A stretch of 64,000 nucleotides of DNA from contig CBDATS010000008.1 in assembly GCA_965200245.1 (NCBI GenBank), forward strand, positions 1-64,000, written 5' to 3'. The translations under genes were made by a program, and so were the position numbers. Shown piece by piece: positions 26,810 to 38,475 of the stretch. The notes beneath the pieces were generated by a model. The model was not told where the DNA came from, ran no database searches, and saw only the letters and a program-made list of their open reading frames with translations. Position 1 is the stretch's first letter, and the number at the start of each line of letters is the position of its first letter. Source of the stretch: a bacterium (lineage in GTDB: Bacteria > UBA8248).

Positions 26810-29431
26810 ATGAATTTCGATCAATTCACTCATAAGACGCAAGAAGCACTTCAGCATGCCCAGGAGTCGGCTCAGGCGAGGGGCCACCAGGGCGTTACGC
26901 CCGCGCACGTACTCCTTGCACTTCTGGCTCAGCCAGAAGGCGTGCTTGCGCACCTCATCGAAAAGGCGGGGCTGAAAATCCACGTGTTAAGCCGCGAACT
27001 CGAAGCTTCTCTGGAAAAGCTCCCGAAAGTCGCCGGAAACGGCGCACCCCAATACGTCACACGGGAACTGGCGGCGCTCTTCCAGGCGGCGCAAAAAGAA
27101 GCGAAGATCATGGCGGATGAATACGTGAGCGGCGAGCATCTGCTGTTGGCCGCGCTTGAAAACGGAGGCGCAGAGGTGAGAAACATCCTGCGCGCGACTG
27201 GTCTCGACCGCGAGGTTGTCCTCTCGTCTTTGAAGGACATCCGCGGGAGCCAGCGAATCACCGATCAGAATGCGGAGAGCCGCTACCAGGCGCTTGAGCG
27301 TTTCGCAATCGATCTCACCGGGAAGGCACGCTCCGGCAAACTCGACCCCGTCGTGGGCCGGGAGGACGAGATCAGGCGCGTCATGCAGGTGCTCTCGCGT
27401 CGTACGAAGAACAACCCGGTGCTCATTGGCGACCCCGGCGTGGGCAAGACCGCGATAGTCGAAGGCCTCGCCCAGCGCATCGTGAATGGCGACGTGCCGG
27501 AAGGCCTCAAACGCAAGCATCTGCTCAGTCTCGACATCGGTTCGCTCATCGCGGGTTCGAAGTTTCGGGGTGAGTTCGAGGACAGGCTCAAGGCCGTGCT
27601 GAAGGAAGTGAGCGAATCGGACGGCGAAATCGTCTTGTTCATCGACGAACTTCACACCGTCGTGGGCGCAGGAGCGGCGGAAGGGGCGGTGGATGCCTCG
27701 AACCTCTTGAAGCCTGCGCTCGCCCGTGGCGAACTCCACTGCGTGGGTGCTACTACGCTTGATGAATACCGGAAACACATCGAGAAAGATGCCGCGCTCG
27801 AGCGTCGCTTTCAGCCCGTGATGGTCGATGAGCCGAGCCTGGAGGACGCCATTTCCATCCTGCGCGGCCTCAAGGAGAAATACGAGATCCACCATGGCGT
27901 CCGCATCCTGGACAATGCCTTGGTCGCTGCCGTCGTGCTCTCGCATCGTTACATCAGTGACCGCCATCTGCCGGACAAGGCCATTGACCTGATAGACGAG
28001 GCCGCGAGCGGCCTGCGTCTCGAACTGGACAGCCTGCCTCAGGAGATCGACCGGCAGGAGCGCGAACTTCTCAGGCTGCGGATCGAGGAACGCGCCCTGG
28101 AAGGGGAGAAGGACGATGATGGCCGGGAGCGTCTCGCGCAGATACGCGAGCGAATCTCCTCTCTCGATGAACAGAGCAGGGAACAGCGAAACCAGTGGGC
28201 GAATGAGAAAAGCGTCATCTCCCGTGTGCGCGAGCTCAAGGAGCGCGTCGAGGAAATGAAGGCCGGGGCCCAGCGTGCCGAGCGCGAGGGGGATTTGAAC
28301 CGGGCGGCGGAACTTCGCTACGGTGAGATTATCGCGGCCGAGAAGGAAATAAGCGATGCGGAAGAAGAACTCGAAAAAAGAGCCAACGGTCGCATGCTCA
28401 AGGAGGAAATCACCGAGGACGATGTGGCTGCCGTCGTGAGCCGCTGGACGGGTATCAACGTGAGCAGGCTCCTGGAGAAGGAGCGGGAGAAGCTCCTGCG
28501 CATGGAGGAGAACATTCACAGGCGCGTCGTGGGCCAGGACAGGGCGGTGGAGGCCCTCGCAGAAGCCGTGCGCCGCGCACGGGCGGGTATCATGGACGAA
28601 AACCGGCCCATCGGCTCGTTCATATTCCTGGGTCCCACCGGCGTCGGCAAGACGGAACTCGCCCGCGCGCTTGCGGAGTTCCTTTTCGACGACGAGTCTG
28701 CGATGGCCCGCGTGGACATGAGCGAGTACATGGAAAAACACGCCGTGGCCAGGCTCATCGGCGCTCCGCCGGGCTATGTCGGCTACGAGGAGGGGGGACA
28801 ACTCACAGAAGCCGTCCGGAGAAAGCCCTATTCGGTCGTCCTTCTGGATGAGATCGAGAAGGCGCACCCCGAGACTTTCAACCTGCTACTGCAACTGCTC
28901 GACGACGGAAGGCTCACGGACGGGCATGGTCGCACGGTCGATTTCCGAAATGCCGTCATCATCATGACGAGCAACGTAGGTACGGACGAACTTTCGCGAA
29001 ACGATATCGGCTTTGTCGGAGGCGGGATACAGGAAATTGACCAGCCCGAAGGATTGCTCGCGGAACTTCGCAGGGTGTTCCGGCCCGAGTTCCTCAACCG
29101 CGTCGATGAGGCCATCGTTTTCCGCCCGCTCACGAAAGAACAAATCGGCGAAATCGTGAATATCCGGTTGCGTGAACTCGAGAAACGCTTGGAAGCCCAG
29201 AAAATCAGGCTGCGTCTCACGGGTGCTGCCAGGAACTTCCTGGCCGAGCGCGGATACGATCCGGTTTTTGGTGCGCGGCCCCTTAAGAGAGCGATACAGA
29301 CGTATGTTATGAACCCGCTCAGCAAGAAGCTCCTCGCCGGCGAATTTGAAGCCGGTGAAACTGTAGAGGTCGACCATGCGGCGGGGATGGATGCGCTCAG
29401 CTTCGCCGTACTCATGGAGGCGGAGGTATAA
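26810..29431 (+). CDS. clpB: Disaggregase ClpB
   Basis: Two AAA modules ([16 protein letters not shown]), a middle coiled coil and GARPL. Confidence 0.97.
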   Translation: MNFDQFTHKTQEALQHAQESAQARGHQGVTPAHVLLALLAQPEGVLAHLIEKAGLKIHVLSRELEASLEKLPKVAGNGAPQYVTRELAALFQAAQKEAKIMADEYVSGEHLLLAALENGGAEVRNILRATGLDREVVLSSLKDIRGSQRITDQNAESRYQALERFAIDLTGKARSGKLDPVVGREDEIRRVMQVLSRRTKNNPVLIGDPGVGKTAIVEGLAQRIVNGDVPEGLKRKHLLSLDIGSLIAGSKFRGEFEDRLKAVLKEVSESDGEIVLFIDELHTVVGAGAAEGAVDASNLLKPALARGELHCVGATTLDEYRKHIEKDAALERRFQPVMVDEPSLEDAISILRGLKEKYEIHHGVRILDNALVAAVVLSHRYISDRHLPDKAIDLIDEAASGLRLELDSLPQEIDRQERELLRLRIEERALEGEKDDDGRERLAQIRERISSLDEQSREQRNQWANEKSVISRVRELKERVEEMKAGAQRAEREGDLNRAAELRYGEIIAAEKEISDAEEELEKRANGRMLKEEITEDDVAAVVSRWTGINVSRLLEKEREKLLRMEENIHRRVVGQDRAVEALAEAVRRARAGIMDENRPIGSFIFLGPTGVGKTELARALAEFLFDDESAMARVDMSEYMEKHAVARLIGAPPGYVGYEEGGQLTEAVRRKPYSVVLLDEIEKAHPETFNLLLQLLDDGRLTDGHGRTVDFRNAVIIMTSNVGTDELSRNDIGFVGGGIQEIDQPEGLLAELRRVFRPEFLNRVDEAIVFRPLTKEQIGEIVNIRLRELEKRLEAQKIRLRLTGAARNFLAERGYDPVFGARPLKRAIQTYVMNPLSKKLLAGEFEAGETVEVDHAAGMDALSFAVLMEAEV

Positions 29432-29560
29432 GGCAGGCACAAGCGAAAATACGGATTTTTCAAGAAGGGCATCTTTGACGCAGGATGGATTGACAAAAAG
29501 CAAGTTTGTTCACTTTACCTGAATGAGCATGAAATTTCGATTGGATAAGGAGAAAGGTTG

Positions 29561-31477
29561 ATGTCGAAGGTAATCGGAATTGATTTGGGCACCACCAATT
29601 CGGTCGTCTCCGTCATGGAGGGTGGGCAGCCTACGGTCATCGCCAACCAGGAGGGCAACCGCACGACGCCCAGCGTCGTGGCGTTTACAGACGACGGCGA
29701 GAAGCTTGTCGGCCTCGTGGCCAAGCGCCAGGCAGTGACCAACCCGACCAGGACCATTTATTCTGCAAAACGCTTCATGGGCAGGCGTTTCGACGAAGTG
29801 CCCGAAGAAGTCACCATCGTGCCGTATGAGGTCGTGAAGTCGGACAGCGGCGACGCGCGTATCAAGATCGACGGCAAGGAGCACGCTCCTCCCGAGATAT
29901 CGGCGAGCGTGCTGCAAAAGCTCAAGCAGGCCGCCGAGGACTATTTGGGTGAGAAGGTGACGGAAGCTGTCATCACGGTTCCTGCATATTTCAACGACAG
30001 CCAGCGCCAGGCGACAAAGGACGCCGGAAAAATCGCCGGGTTGAACGTCCAGCGTATCATAAACGAACCCACGGCCGCTGCACTCGCCTACGGGCTCGAC
30101 AAGAAGGCAGATCAGACCATCGCCGTGTATGATTTCGGCGGCGGTACATTCGACATCTCCATCCTCGAGGTGGGGGACAACGTGGTCGAGGTGAAGGCCA
30201 CGAACGGCGATACGCACCTGGGTGGCGATAACATCGACCACCGAATCATCGAGTGGATGGCCGAGGAGTTCAAAAGGGATCAGGGAATTGACATCTCGGG
30301 CGACCCCATGGCGCTTCAGCGCCTGCGCGAGGAATCGGAAAAAGCGAAGATCGAGCTTTCGAGTTCAATGGAAACGACTATCAACCTGCCGTTCATTACG
30401 GCAGACGCCTCGGGTCCCAAGCACCTGAACTTGAAGCTCACACGCGCGAAGCTAGAACAGTTGACGGGTGATCTGGTCGAGAAAACGCTGGTTCCCTGCC
30501 GTCGCGCGCTCGATGACGCGAAGATCCAGCCCGGTGACATCGACGAGGTAGTGCTCGTGGGCGGTTCGACGCGGATGCCGCTGGTGCAGCAGACGGTGGA
30601 GAAATTTTTCGGAAAAGAGCCTCACAAAGGCGTGAATCCCGACGAGGTCGTGGCGGTTGGCGCGGGCGTGCAGGGTGGCGTGCTTGTCGGAGACGTCAAG
30701 GACGTTCTATTGCTTGACGTTACCCCGCTTTCTCTGGGTATCGAGACCTTGGGCGGCGTGTTCACCAAGCTCATTGAGCGCAACACGACGATTCCGGTCA
30801 AGAAGAGTGAAACCTTCTCAACCGCTGCGGACAACCAGCCCTCCGTCGAGGTGCACGTCTTGCAAGGCGAGCGCGAGATGGCTGCGGGCAACCGTTCGCT
30901 GGGCAAGTTCCACCTGGTCGGCATCCCCGCCGCGCCGCGCGGTGTTCCCCAGATCGAGGTGGCGTTCGACATCGACGCCAATGGTATCGTGAACGTCTCT
31001 GCCAAGGACTTGGGTACCGGTAAGGAGCAGGCGATTACCATCACGAGTTCGAGCGGCCTCTCCGAGGAAGAGATCAACAACATGGTAGCCGACGCGGACG
31101 AGCATGCAGAAGAGGACAAGAAGAGACGTGAGGCCGTCGAGGCGAGAAACATGGCCGACAGCATGGCGTACAGCACGGAGAAGATGCTCAATGAAAATGA
31201 GGAGAAAGTTTCGGCCGAAGACAAGAAAGAGATAGAAGACGCCATCGCGGCGCTTCGGACGGTCCTTGAAAAGGAAGACGCGACGGTGGAGGAGATAAAG
31301 GAAGCGCAGGCGAAACTTGAGGCGGCCTCGCACAAGCTTGCCCAGGCGATGTACGAGCAGGCGAGCCAGGCCGGCGGTGACGACGGCGTTCCCGAGACCG
31401 GCAGTGGCTCGAACGGTGCGGCCTCGGGCGATGTGGTGGATGCGGAGTTCGAGGAAGTGGACAAGGACAAATCCTAG
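29561..31477 (+). CDS. dnaK: Hsp70 chaperone DnaK
   Basis: Motifs [23 protein letters not shown] and DAEFEEV. Confidence 0.98.
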   Translation: MSKVIGIDLGTTNSVVSVMEGGQPTVIANQEGNRTTPSVVAFTDDGEKLVGLVAKRQAVTNPTRTIYSAKRFMGRRFDEVPEEVTIVPYEVVKSDSGDARIKIDGKEHAPPEISASVLQKLKQAAEDYLGEKVTEAVITVPAYFNDSQRQATKDAGKIAGLNVQRIINEPTAAALAYGLDKKADQTIAVYDFGGGTFDISILEVGDNVVEVKATNGDTHLGGDNIDHRIIEWMAEEFKRDQGIDISGDPMALQRLREESEKAKIELSSSMETTINLPFITADASGPKHLNLKLTRAKLEQLTGDLVEKTLVPCRRALDDAKIQPGDIDEVVLVGGSTRMPLVQQTVEKFFGKEPHKGVNPDEVVAVGAGVQGGVLVGDVKDVLLLDVTPLSLGIETLGGVFTKLIERNTTIPVKKSETFSTAADNQPSVEVHVLQGEREMAAGNRSLGKFHLVGIPAAPRGVPQIEVAFDIDANGIVNVSAKDLGTGKEQAITITSSSGLSEEEINNMVADADEHAEEDKKRREAVEARNMADSMAYSTEKMLNENEEKVSAEDKKEIEDAIAALRTVLEKEDATVEEIKEAQAKLEAASHKLAQAMYEQASQAGGDDGVPETGSGSNGAASGDVVDAEFEEVDKDKS

Positions 31478-31502
31478 GCATCTTGCCCGAATGAGGGGTG
31501 GT

Positions 31503-32456
31503 ATGGCGAAGCATGATTATTACGAAGTGCTGGGGATCGACCGGAGCGTTTCGGATTCGGAGCTGAAGCGCGTTTTCAAGAAACTGGCGCGCAGGTATCA
31601 TCCCGACGTCAATCCGGGGGATGCGAAGGCTGAGGAGCGCTTCAAGGAAATCAGTGAGGCTTACGCCGTCCTATCCGACCCTGAGAAGCGCAGGAAGTAC
31701 GACACCATGGGGCATGCCGCCTTCGGAAGGGGCAGCCCTTGGGGAGATGGCACCCCGCCCGGTATGGAAGACATTCTGCGCGAATTCGGCTTGGGCGGTA
31801 TTTTCGGCGGGATTTTCGGTGGCACGCGCGGTGGTGCGGCACGAAGAGGCTTTCATGCGGGTACCCAGGTCCCCCAGCGGGGCCAGGACGTGAACTACTC
31901 GATGGAGATTGGTTTCGATGATTCCCTGAAGGGGCTCAACACCACTATCACCGTGCCCAAGACCACACAGAAGAACGGGAAAATCCAGCACACAACGGAG
32001 CGTATTCAGGTGAAGATACCGCCCGGCGTCTCGAACGGCTCGTGCATACGCTTGGCGGGCAAGGGTGAAGCCTCCCTGAGCGGTGGGTCGCAAGGAGATC
32101 TCTTTATCGTCACAAAGGTGCGGGAGCATCCTTTCTTCGAGCGCAAGGGGGATAATCTGTGTCTCGATCTTCCCGTCAGCCTCGGCGAGGTGCTGCTGGG
32201 TGCGCGGGTGGAGATTAATACATTCGAGGGGGTGACGAAGATGACGATTCCTCCCTCGACCCAGAACGGCCAGGTGTTCCGGCTTTCGGGAAAGGGTGCG
32301 CCGAAACTCAAGGACTCTGGAAAGGGCGATTTGTTTGTGACCATCAAGGTTATTCTGCCGGAGAAGATGGACGAGGAGAGCAGGGAGATCGTCCGCGAAC
32401 TGGAGCAGCGGAACCCCACGTCTCCTCGGGCGAACATGACGGGCGTGAGCATGTAG
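31503..32456 (+). CDS. Class B J-domain protein (CbpA-like, no zinc finger)
   Basis: HPD J-domain, G/F region and C-terminal domain; no CxxCxGxG repeats. Confidence 0.9.
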   Translation: MAKHDYYEVLGIDRSVSDSELKRVFKKLARRYHPDVNPGDAKAEERFKEISEAYAVLSDPEKRRKYDTMGHAAFGRGSPWGDGTPPGMEDILREFGLGGIFGGIFGGTRGGAARRGFHAGTQVPQRGQDVNYSMEIGFDDSLKGLNTTITVPKTTQKNGKIQHTTERIQVKIPPGVSNGSCIRLAGKGEASLSGGSQGDLFIVTKVREHPFFERKGDNLCLDLPVSLGEVLLGARVEINTFEGVTKMTIPPSTQNGQVFRLSGKGAPKLKDSGKGDLFVTIKVILPEKMDEESREIVRELEQRNPTSPRANMTGVSM

Positions 32457-32521
32457 TTTGTAGACGATTTCGGGTAAAAGCGGGAGCGGATGATGGATGA
32501 CCATATGTGCGGGAGAGGACC

Positions 32522-32929
32522 ATGGCGCGTAGAGGCGTAAGAAACGGGCGCTACACCATCAGCGCGGTGGCCGAGATGTTCGAGATTCACCAGCAGACGC
32601 TCAGGTTGTATGAGCGCCAGGGTCTCATCGAGCCGAACCGCAGCAAGGGTGGCACGCGCTATTACTCCGAAGAAGATATCGATCAACTGGAAATCATCAT
32701 GGCGCTCACGCGGGACATGGGCGTGAACCTTGCAGGTGTGCAGGTCATCATCGAGCTTCGCGAGAAGCTCATGAGCGCACTTGAGCGCCTCGGCGAACTT
32801 GAGGAGTTGATAGAAAGCCAGGCGTTCGAGGACTTGCGCGAGCGGATGAGCAGCGCAACGCCCGAGATGCAGGCCATGATACCTTCGGTTGCCGCCAAGC
32901 TCGTGCGCGTCAGGAGGAGACGGTTGTGA
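32522..32929 (+). CDS. hspR: MerR-family heat-shock repressor HspR
   Basis: Motifs [26 protein letters not shown] and GVNLAGV; follows the cbpA-like gene. Confidence 0.88.
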   Translation: MARRGVRNGRYTISAVAEMFEIHQQTLRLYERQGLIEPNRSKGGTRYYSEEDIDQLEIIMALTRDMGVNLAGVQVIIELREKLMSALERLGELEELIESQAFEDLRERMSSATPEMQAMIPSVAAKLVRVRRRRL

Positions 32930-33783
32930 GCACGAATTCCATCAAATCCTTTTTATTGCTCGCTTTGTTGACGAGCCTGATTCTGCTGATTGGCAATCTT
33001 CTCGGCGGGGCAACCGGGCTGGTCATCGCCCTGGTGCTGGCGGTGGGCATCAACGGCTACAGCTATTGGTATTCGGACAAGATCGTTCTCGCCAGCACGG
33101 GCGCGAGCGAGGTATTGCCCGAACATGCGCCCGAATTGTACGGTATGGTGGCGGATCTGGCGCGTCGCGTGAACCTGCCCATGCCGCGCGTTTACGTGAT
33201 TCCCGAAGATGTGCCGAACGCCTTCGCCACGGGCAGAAATCCCGAGAACGCCGCTGTCGCCTTCACCGAGGGGATTTTGCACGAACTCAACCGCGAGGAA
33301 CTCGAAGGCGTGGCCGCGCACGAACTCGCCCACATCAAAAACCGGGATATTCTTCTGAGCACCATCGCTGCCTCGCTGGCGGGTGCCATCATGTATATTG
33401 CGCAAATGGTGCAGTTCGCCGCGTTCTTCGGTGCCTACGGCAGGGACGATGACGAGGAAGGCGGTGGTGGTTTGTTGGGCATCATCGTCGCCGCGATAGT
33501 CGCTCCCATTGCAGCCACGCTGCTCCAGATGGCGGTGAGCCGCTCGCGCGAATATCTCGCCGACGCCACGGGCGCACAAATCGCGGGCACGCCCATCGGA
33601 CTGGCGAACGCCCTGCACCGACTTGACGAGGCTGCACATCGCGAGGAACTCCACTGTGCGAGCGAGGCGACTGCCCACATGTATATTGTCAACCCGCTCG
33701 CTGGAGGTGGCTTGGCGAATCTGTTCAGCACGCACCCGCCGATGGATGAGAGGATTCGGCGGTTGATGGAGATGAGATACTAG
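32926..33783 (+). CDS. htpX: Zinc metalloprotease HtpX
   Basis: Motifs [21 protein letters not shown] and FSTHP. Confidence 0.95.
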   Translation: MSTNSIKSFLLLALLTSLILLIGNLLGGATGLVIALVLAVGINGYSYWYSDKIVLASTGASEVLPEHAPELYGMVADLARRVNLPMPRVYVIPEDVPNAFATGRNPENAAVAFTEGILHELNREELEGVAAHELAHIKNRDILLSTIAASLAGAIMYIAQMVQFAAFFGAYGRDDDEEGGGGLLGIIVAAIVAPIAATLLQMAVSRSREYLADATGAQIAGTPIGLANALHRLDEAAHREELHCASEATAHMYIVNPLAGGGLANLFSTHPPMDERIRRLMEMRY

Positions 33784-33804
33784 GTTTCGGGAGGAAGTCG
33801 TTTC

Positions 33805-34503
33805 ATGAAAGCGAAAGAAGCAGGTGTCGGGACGGATAACGGCGACGGCATGAAGGCCGAAGCTGCGAATGTAGAGCCGAAGGAGGAAGTCCGTTTGGAA
33901 GAGGAAGCCAGGGAGAAGCCGCGGATCGTCGACAGGCGGCGCGTCCGAGAGGACGGCGAAGTGAGAGAGGAGAACGCAGAGGAGGCCGAAGAGACCCCGC
34001 GCGTGCCAGCCTACGTCGAGCAACTCCAGGCGAAGGTCGCCGCTGCCGAGGAGAAGCTCAAGCAGCACATCGAGAAAATCGACAAGGAGACGGCCGATTT
34101 CAGGGCGCGCCAGGAACGCGAGATGGTGCGCAGGACCCAAGAGGTAAAAAAACAGGCCGTGTCAGGTTTTTTGGGCATCGCCGACGATCTGGCGCGCGCC
34201 ACGGCAGCCGCGGACGGAGGCGTATCCAGGGGGGAAGCGGACAAGACCCTCGAAACACTCGTACAGGGGGTCCGGATGATTCAGGGCCGATTCTTTCAGG
34301 AATTATCGAATCTGGGAGTGGAGCCTCTTGCGGCGATGGGTGCCGAATTCAACCCCGAGGAGCACGAGGCAGTGCGCATGGTCGAAGTGAGCGACAAGGC
34401 ACAGGGCGGCTTGGTGGTGGAGGAATTGGCTTGCGGCTACAAGCTGGGTGATGTGGTATTGAGACCCGCGCGCGTCTCGGTGGGCAAGTACACAGGCCCG
34501 TAA
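33805..34503 (+). CDS. grpE: Nucleotide exchange factor GrpE
   Basis: Motifs FNPEEHEAV and GYKL...VLRPARV.V. Confidence 0.92.
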   Translation: MKAKEAGVGTDNGDGMKAEAANVEPKEEVRLEEEAREKPRIVDRRRVREDGEVREENAEEAEETPRVPAYVEQLQAKVAAAEEKLKQHIEKIDKETADFRARQEREMVRRTQEVKKQAVSGFLGIADDLARATAAADGGVSRGEADKTLETLVQGVRMIQGRFFQELSNLGVEPLAAMGAEFNPEEHEAVRMVEVSDKAQGGLVVEELACGYKLGDVVLRPARVSVGKYTGP

Positions 34504-34582
34504 CCCGGACCGCATGCCCTTGAACCGGATTCGCGCTCATAGTATCTTCGCGTGTTTTCGATTTTCGGGGTGAAGGGAAGAC

Positions 34583-35731
34583 ATGAGCAAGCGTGATTAC
34601 TACGAAGTGCTGGGCTTGAGCCGCAACGCGAGCGACGCCGAGATCAAGAAGGCGTATCGTACCCTCGCGATGAAGTATCACCCGGATCGGAATCCGGGCG
34701 ATGCGAAGGCGGAGGAGTTGTTCAAGGAAGCCTCCGAGGCCTACCAGGTGCTGAGCAAGCCCGAGAAGAGAAACACGTACGATCGCTTCGGCCACGACGG
34801 GCTTCGTGGGATGGGGCATCAGGGATTTTCGAGTTTCGACGACATCTTCTCCTCGTTCGGGGATATTTTCGGGGATTTGTTCGGCGGCGTGTTCGCTGGC
34901 TCGCGCGCGCGCCGGGACGGGCCGCGCAAGGGCCGAGACCTCGCCTACCAGATGGAGATGACATTCGAAGAAGCGGCAACGGGTGTCGGACGCGAGATCG
35001 AGTTCGAACGCCCTGTGGAATGTGTCTATTGTGGTGGCAGCGGGGCCAAGTCGCCCGATGCGATTCGCGAGTGCCCATCCTGCGGCGGCAGTGGCCAGAT
35101 GTCCTACCGCCAGGGTTTCATGACTTTTTCCACCGCCTGTTCAAACTGCGACGGCGCGGGCATTCAAATCACCGAGCACTGCGAGGAATGCAGTGGGGTC
35201 GGGCGCCGCATGGAGCAGAGGAAGGTGAAAGTGAAGATACCCCCCGGCGTCGACGAGGGTGCCAGACTGCGCCTTCGCGAAGAAGGAGAAGGGGGTGCCA
35301 AGGGCGGACCGGCAGGCGATTTGTTCGTCGTCGTCTCCTTGCTCGTGCACGAGGAATTCGAACGCAACGGTGCGGATGTGGCGAGCCAGGTGTACGTTAG
35401 CTTCTCGCAGGCGACCTTGGGGGACACAGTGAGGGTACGGACGCTCTACGGGGAATCCGAACTTGAAATTCCCAGGGGGGTGCAGTCCTCGGATGTGCTC
35501 AGCCTAAGGGGCGAGGGATTCGAACGCCTCGGCAGGAAGGGGCGCGGCGATCATATGTTCCTGGTTCAGGTCCGGACCCCGACGAAATTGACGCCGGACG
35601 AGGAGAGGCTGTTTGGCGAGTTGTCGGAGATCGAACGTGAAAAGATGGAGAGAAACGGAGTTGGGGGAACTGGGGAAAACGGCACAGGGAAAAAAGGCAT
35701 TCTCGATAAGCTAAGTTCCCTTTGGGGATGA
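34583..35731 (+). CDS. dnaJ: Chaperone DnaJ (class A)
   Basis: HPD plus four CxxCxGxG repeats. Confidence 0.96.
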   Translation: MSKRDYYEVLGLSRNASDAEIKKAYRTLAMKYHPDRNPGDAKAEELFKEASEAYQVLSKPEKRNTYDRFGHDGLRGMGHQGFSSFDDIFSSFGDIFGDLFGGVFAGSRARRDGPRKGRDLAYQMEMTFEEAATGVGREIEFERPVECVYCGGSGAKSPDAIRECPSCGGSGQMSYRQGFMTFSTACSNCDGAGIQITEHCEECSGVGRRMEQRKVKVKIPPGVDEGARLRLREEGEGGAKGGPAGDLFVVVSLLVHEEFERNGADVASQVYVSFSQATLGDTVRVRTLYGESELEIPRGVQSSDVLSLRGEGFERLGRKGRGDHMFLVQVRTPTKLTPDEERLFGELSEIEREKMERNGVGGTGENGTGKKGILDKLSSLWG

Positions 35732-35801
35732 TCGCTCAATCGGGCGAATCGGGAAGAGACGGTGTCGGATAGCCCCGGTACCCGGATCCAGAGGGGTAGC
35801 G

Positions 35802-36323
35802 ATGGAAGAAGAAAACGTAGAAAACAAGGGATTCAAGGTTTCCGACCGAAGATTTTCGGTGAGGGGATATGTGGATGAAGAATCGCCTGCTTCGGGAAGT
35901 GAAGGGCAGGTGCTTTCCCCGGAGCCGGTGGACGAGGACGTAACACCAAGGTCCGGCGTGTTTTCCGCCGTTCCTGAACCGACGGAGAGGGAACCGCTGT
36001 CGCCCCCTGAGGTTCCGCAAACTGAGGCCGAAACGCAGGCGGAGCCTCCAGGCGATGAGACGAAAGAGGACGAAGAAGACAAGAGTTTCGAGATGCTCAT
36101 CGCCATCGTTCAGCAAAACGCTCTGGCGGCGATGGGCATTCATCCGCAGACGGGTGAACGCATAGGGGCTGCAGATCCGCGAAGTTCCAAGATTTTCGTC
36201 GATTTGTTCGCTGCCCTCAATGAGAAGACAAAAGGAAATCTGTCTGAAGAGGAGGAATATCTTCTGAATCAGGTTCACTCCGATCTGCAAATGATATATG
36301 TTCGAGAGGTGGGATTCGGCTAG
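35802..36323 (+). CDS. DUF1844-like protein
   Basis: N-terminal FKVSDRR and C-terminal EKTKGNLS.EE..LL....DLQM.YV. Confidence 0.8.
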   Translation: MEEENVENKGFKVSDRRFSVRGYVDEESPASGSEGQVLSPEPVDEDVTPRSGVFSAVPEPTEREPLSPPEVPQTEAETQAEPPGDETKEDEEDKSFEMLIAIVQQNALAAMGIHPQTGERIGAADPRSSKIFVDLFAALNEKTKGNLSEEEEYLLNQVHSDLQMIYVREVGFG

Positions 36324-36403
36324 GTTCGGGTGATCGGTGAGACGCCGTTTTAACGAGCGTCATTCCCGGGCATCTATATTGTTTACCTTATCCGGGGGAT
36401 TAT

Positions 36404-36679
36404 ATGGCCGTGGCAACGTCTTATGACGAAATGTTCGAAGAAGCGCTCGGTATCGTCAAAAATCGTTTCTTGCTTTCGGTGTTACTCGCCAAGCGGGTGG
36501 CCCAGCTCAGGCGGGGCACGGAGCCTTTGGTGCCTTCCCAGCCTAACGAGACGCCCGAGGAAATCGTGTTTCGCGAAATCATCGAAGAAAAACTTGAGTG
36601 GCGAAAAACCGTTTCGGCATTTGATTTGGCCGATATGGATCAAGCGTTCATGGATGGCGGTTTCGACGACGGGGAATAG
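36404..36679 (+). CDS. rpoZ: RNA polymerase omega subunit
   Basis: NRFLL....AKR..QL..G..PLV and ..REI. Confidence 0.85.
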   Translation: MAVATSYDEMFEEALGIVKNRFLLSVLLAKRVAQLRRGTEPLVPSQPNETPEEIVFREIIEEKLEWRKTVSAFDLADMDQAFMDGGFDDGE

Positions 36680-36702
36680 TTTCGCTCAAAGGTGCATACC
36701 TG

Positions 36703-36733
36703 CCGCTGTCCGCTCCGCCGGGCAGCGGTTTTT
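36703..36733 (+). terminator. Intrinsic terminator
   Basis: CCGCTGTCCG-loop-CGGGCAGCGG followed by a T run. Confidence 0.75.
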
Positions 36734-37884
36734 TATCTCTCCCGCAGATATGCTCCTACTCTTTCGAGACCTTTTTCGATGTTTTCGATGGAGTTGCAAT
36801 AGGAGAAGCGCAAGAACCCCTCTCCTCCCGGCCCGAAATCCGCTCCCGGCGCCACGGCCACACCTGTAGCCTCAAGAATTTCCTTGGCCAGTTTCAGGCT
36901 GTCCGCGCCATGGGTGCGCGCGTCAGCGAAGGCGTAGAACGCGCCAGTCGGCTCATGAAGTATTTCGAGGCCGATTTCCTTGAGTCGCGCGAGCATGATT
37001 TTGCGTCTTTCGTCATAAATTTCTCGCATGCGCTCCGCTTCGGGCACCCCTTCTGCGAGGGCGGCGAGCGCCGCGTACTGGACGAAGGAATTGGGCGAGA
37101 CGAAATAGTTCTGCTGCAGAATCTCCAGCGGGCGGATGTATTCGGGGGGTGCGATGAGGTAGCCGACCCGCCAGCCCGTCATGGCGAAATACTTCGAAAA
37201 ACCGTTGATGACGAAGCAATCATCCGTAAACTGGAGCGCCGTGTGTTCCTCATCCTGATAGCTGAGTCCGTGATAAATCTCGTCCGACACGATAGGGACG
37301 CCCAACTCGGCGAGCGCCGCCATGTCCTGGCGGGAAAGCACAGTGCCCGTGGGGTTTGAGGGCGAGTTGACGAGGATGGCCCTGTTCTTCGGGGTGAGGT
37401 AATCGCGAACGGCTTCCGCCTTGAGCGCAAAGCCATCCTCCGCACGAGTGGAGATTCGCACGGGTTTTCCGCAGGCGGAGAGGATGAAGGCCGGGTAGCA
37501 TGCGTAGTGAGGGTCTGAAATGATGATTTCATCGCCCGCATCGACGAGAACGGAGAAGAGCATCATCAGGCCCGGGCTCGTGCCGTTCGTCACCATCACG
37601 CGCTCGGGCGAAACGGAGACGCCGAATTTTCGGTTGTAGAATTCTGCTATCGCCTCGCGCAGTTCAGGAATCCCCAACGCCGCCGTGTAATGGGTGTGGC
37701 CGGCGCGCAGCGCGGCTTCTGCAGCGCTGATGATGACCTCGGGTGTGTCGAAATCGGGCTCTCCCACTTCAAGGTGGATGACTTCGCGGCCCTGCGCTTC
37801 CAGTCGATGGGCGTGCTCCATAATGTCCATTACCAGGAAGGGTTTGATGCCCGAGATGCGCACCGGCGCAGAGAATTGGTTCAT
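36733..37884 (-). CDS. Class I/II PLP aminotransferase (AspC-like)
   Basis: Motifs GEPDF, NSPSNPTG, SDEIY and FSKYFAMTGWRVG. Confidence 0.93.
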   Translation of the reverse strand: MNQFSAPVRISGIKPFLVMDIMEHAHRLEAQGREVIHLEVGEPDFDTPEVIISAAEAALRAGHTHYTAALGIPELREAIAEFYNRKFGVSVSPERVMVTNGTSPGLMMLFSVLVDAGDEIIISDPHYACYPAFILSACGKPVRISTRAEDGFALKAEAVRDYLTPKNRAILVNSPSNPTGTVLSRQDMAALAELGVPIVSDEIYHGLSYQDEEHTALQFTDDCFVINGFSKYFAMTGWRVGYLIAPPEYIRPLEILQQNYFVSPNSFVQYAALAALAEGVPEAERMREIYDERRKIMLARLKEIGLEILHEPTGAFYAFADARTHGADSLKLAKEILEATGVAVAPGADFGPGGEGFLRFSYCNSIENIEKGLERVGAYLRER

Positions 37885-38162
37885 TATTTTGCCTTTACGA
37901 TGATCTGGTGAATTTAAATATAGTTGCTCACATGGAAGGCTAGTAGTAAGCTCAATAATACTCAAGGGGGGCATACGGATTTTGCAGAAATTTCAATGGC
38001 AACTCCCACTTGACTCAATAAACCATAATATTTATAAATAATACAATATCTTACATCATATAGTGGTGAGTTCATGATTTATCTTTTTTTCATGTATGGA
38101 ATTCCCTTTTCATGGAAGGAAGTGGGACTCCGGGTAAGTCTGGAGAGAGTGGAGAGAGTTCT

Positions 38163-38456
38163 ATGACGAAGATCGACATCATCAACCTCGTATCGGAAGA
38201 TACGGGCCTCAGCAAGGTGAAGGCGGAAGAAGCGGTCGAGACGATCATCCATGCCATCAAGGAATCCCTCCAGAGCGGCGATTCCGTCATTCTCAGGCGA
38301 TTCGGTTCTTTTCAGGTGAGAGAGAAGAACGCACGCGTGGGACGCAATCCCAAGACGGGTCAGGAAGCGCCCATCAGCGCGCGCCGGGTCGTGCGATTCA
38401 AGGCGGGCAAGCATTTCAAAGAAGCGGTGAACGGCGCCGATGTGAGGTTTCATTAG
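38163..38456 (+). CDS. HU/IHF-family DNA-binding protein
   Basis: Motifs MTK.DII, FGSF and GRNPKTG. Confidence 0.93.
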   Translation: MTKIDIINLVSEDTGLSKVKAEEAVETIIHAIKESLQSGDSVILRRFGSFQVREKNARVGRNPKTGQEAPISARRVVRFKAGKHFKEAVNGADVRFH

Positions 38457-38475
38457 TGGTGAGTCTTCCGTCCGC

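Noticed and set aside
26987-28867. 626-aa minus-strand ORF, and similar long ORFs opposite valS, LLM, dnaK and htpX
   Set aside because: Typical stop-poor antisense frames of GC-rich conserved genes.
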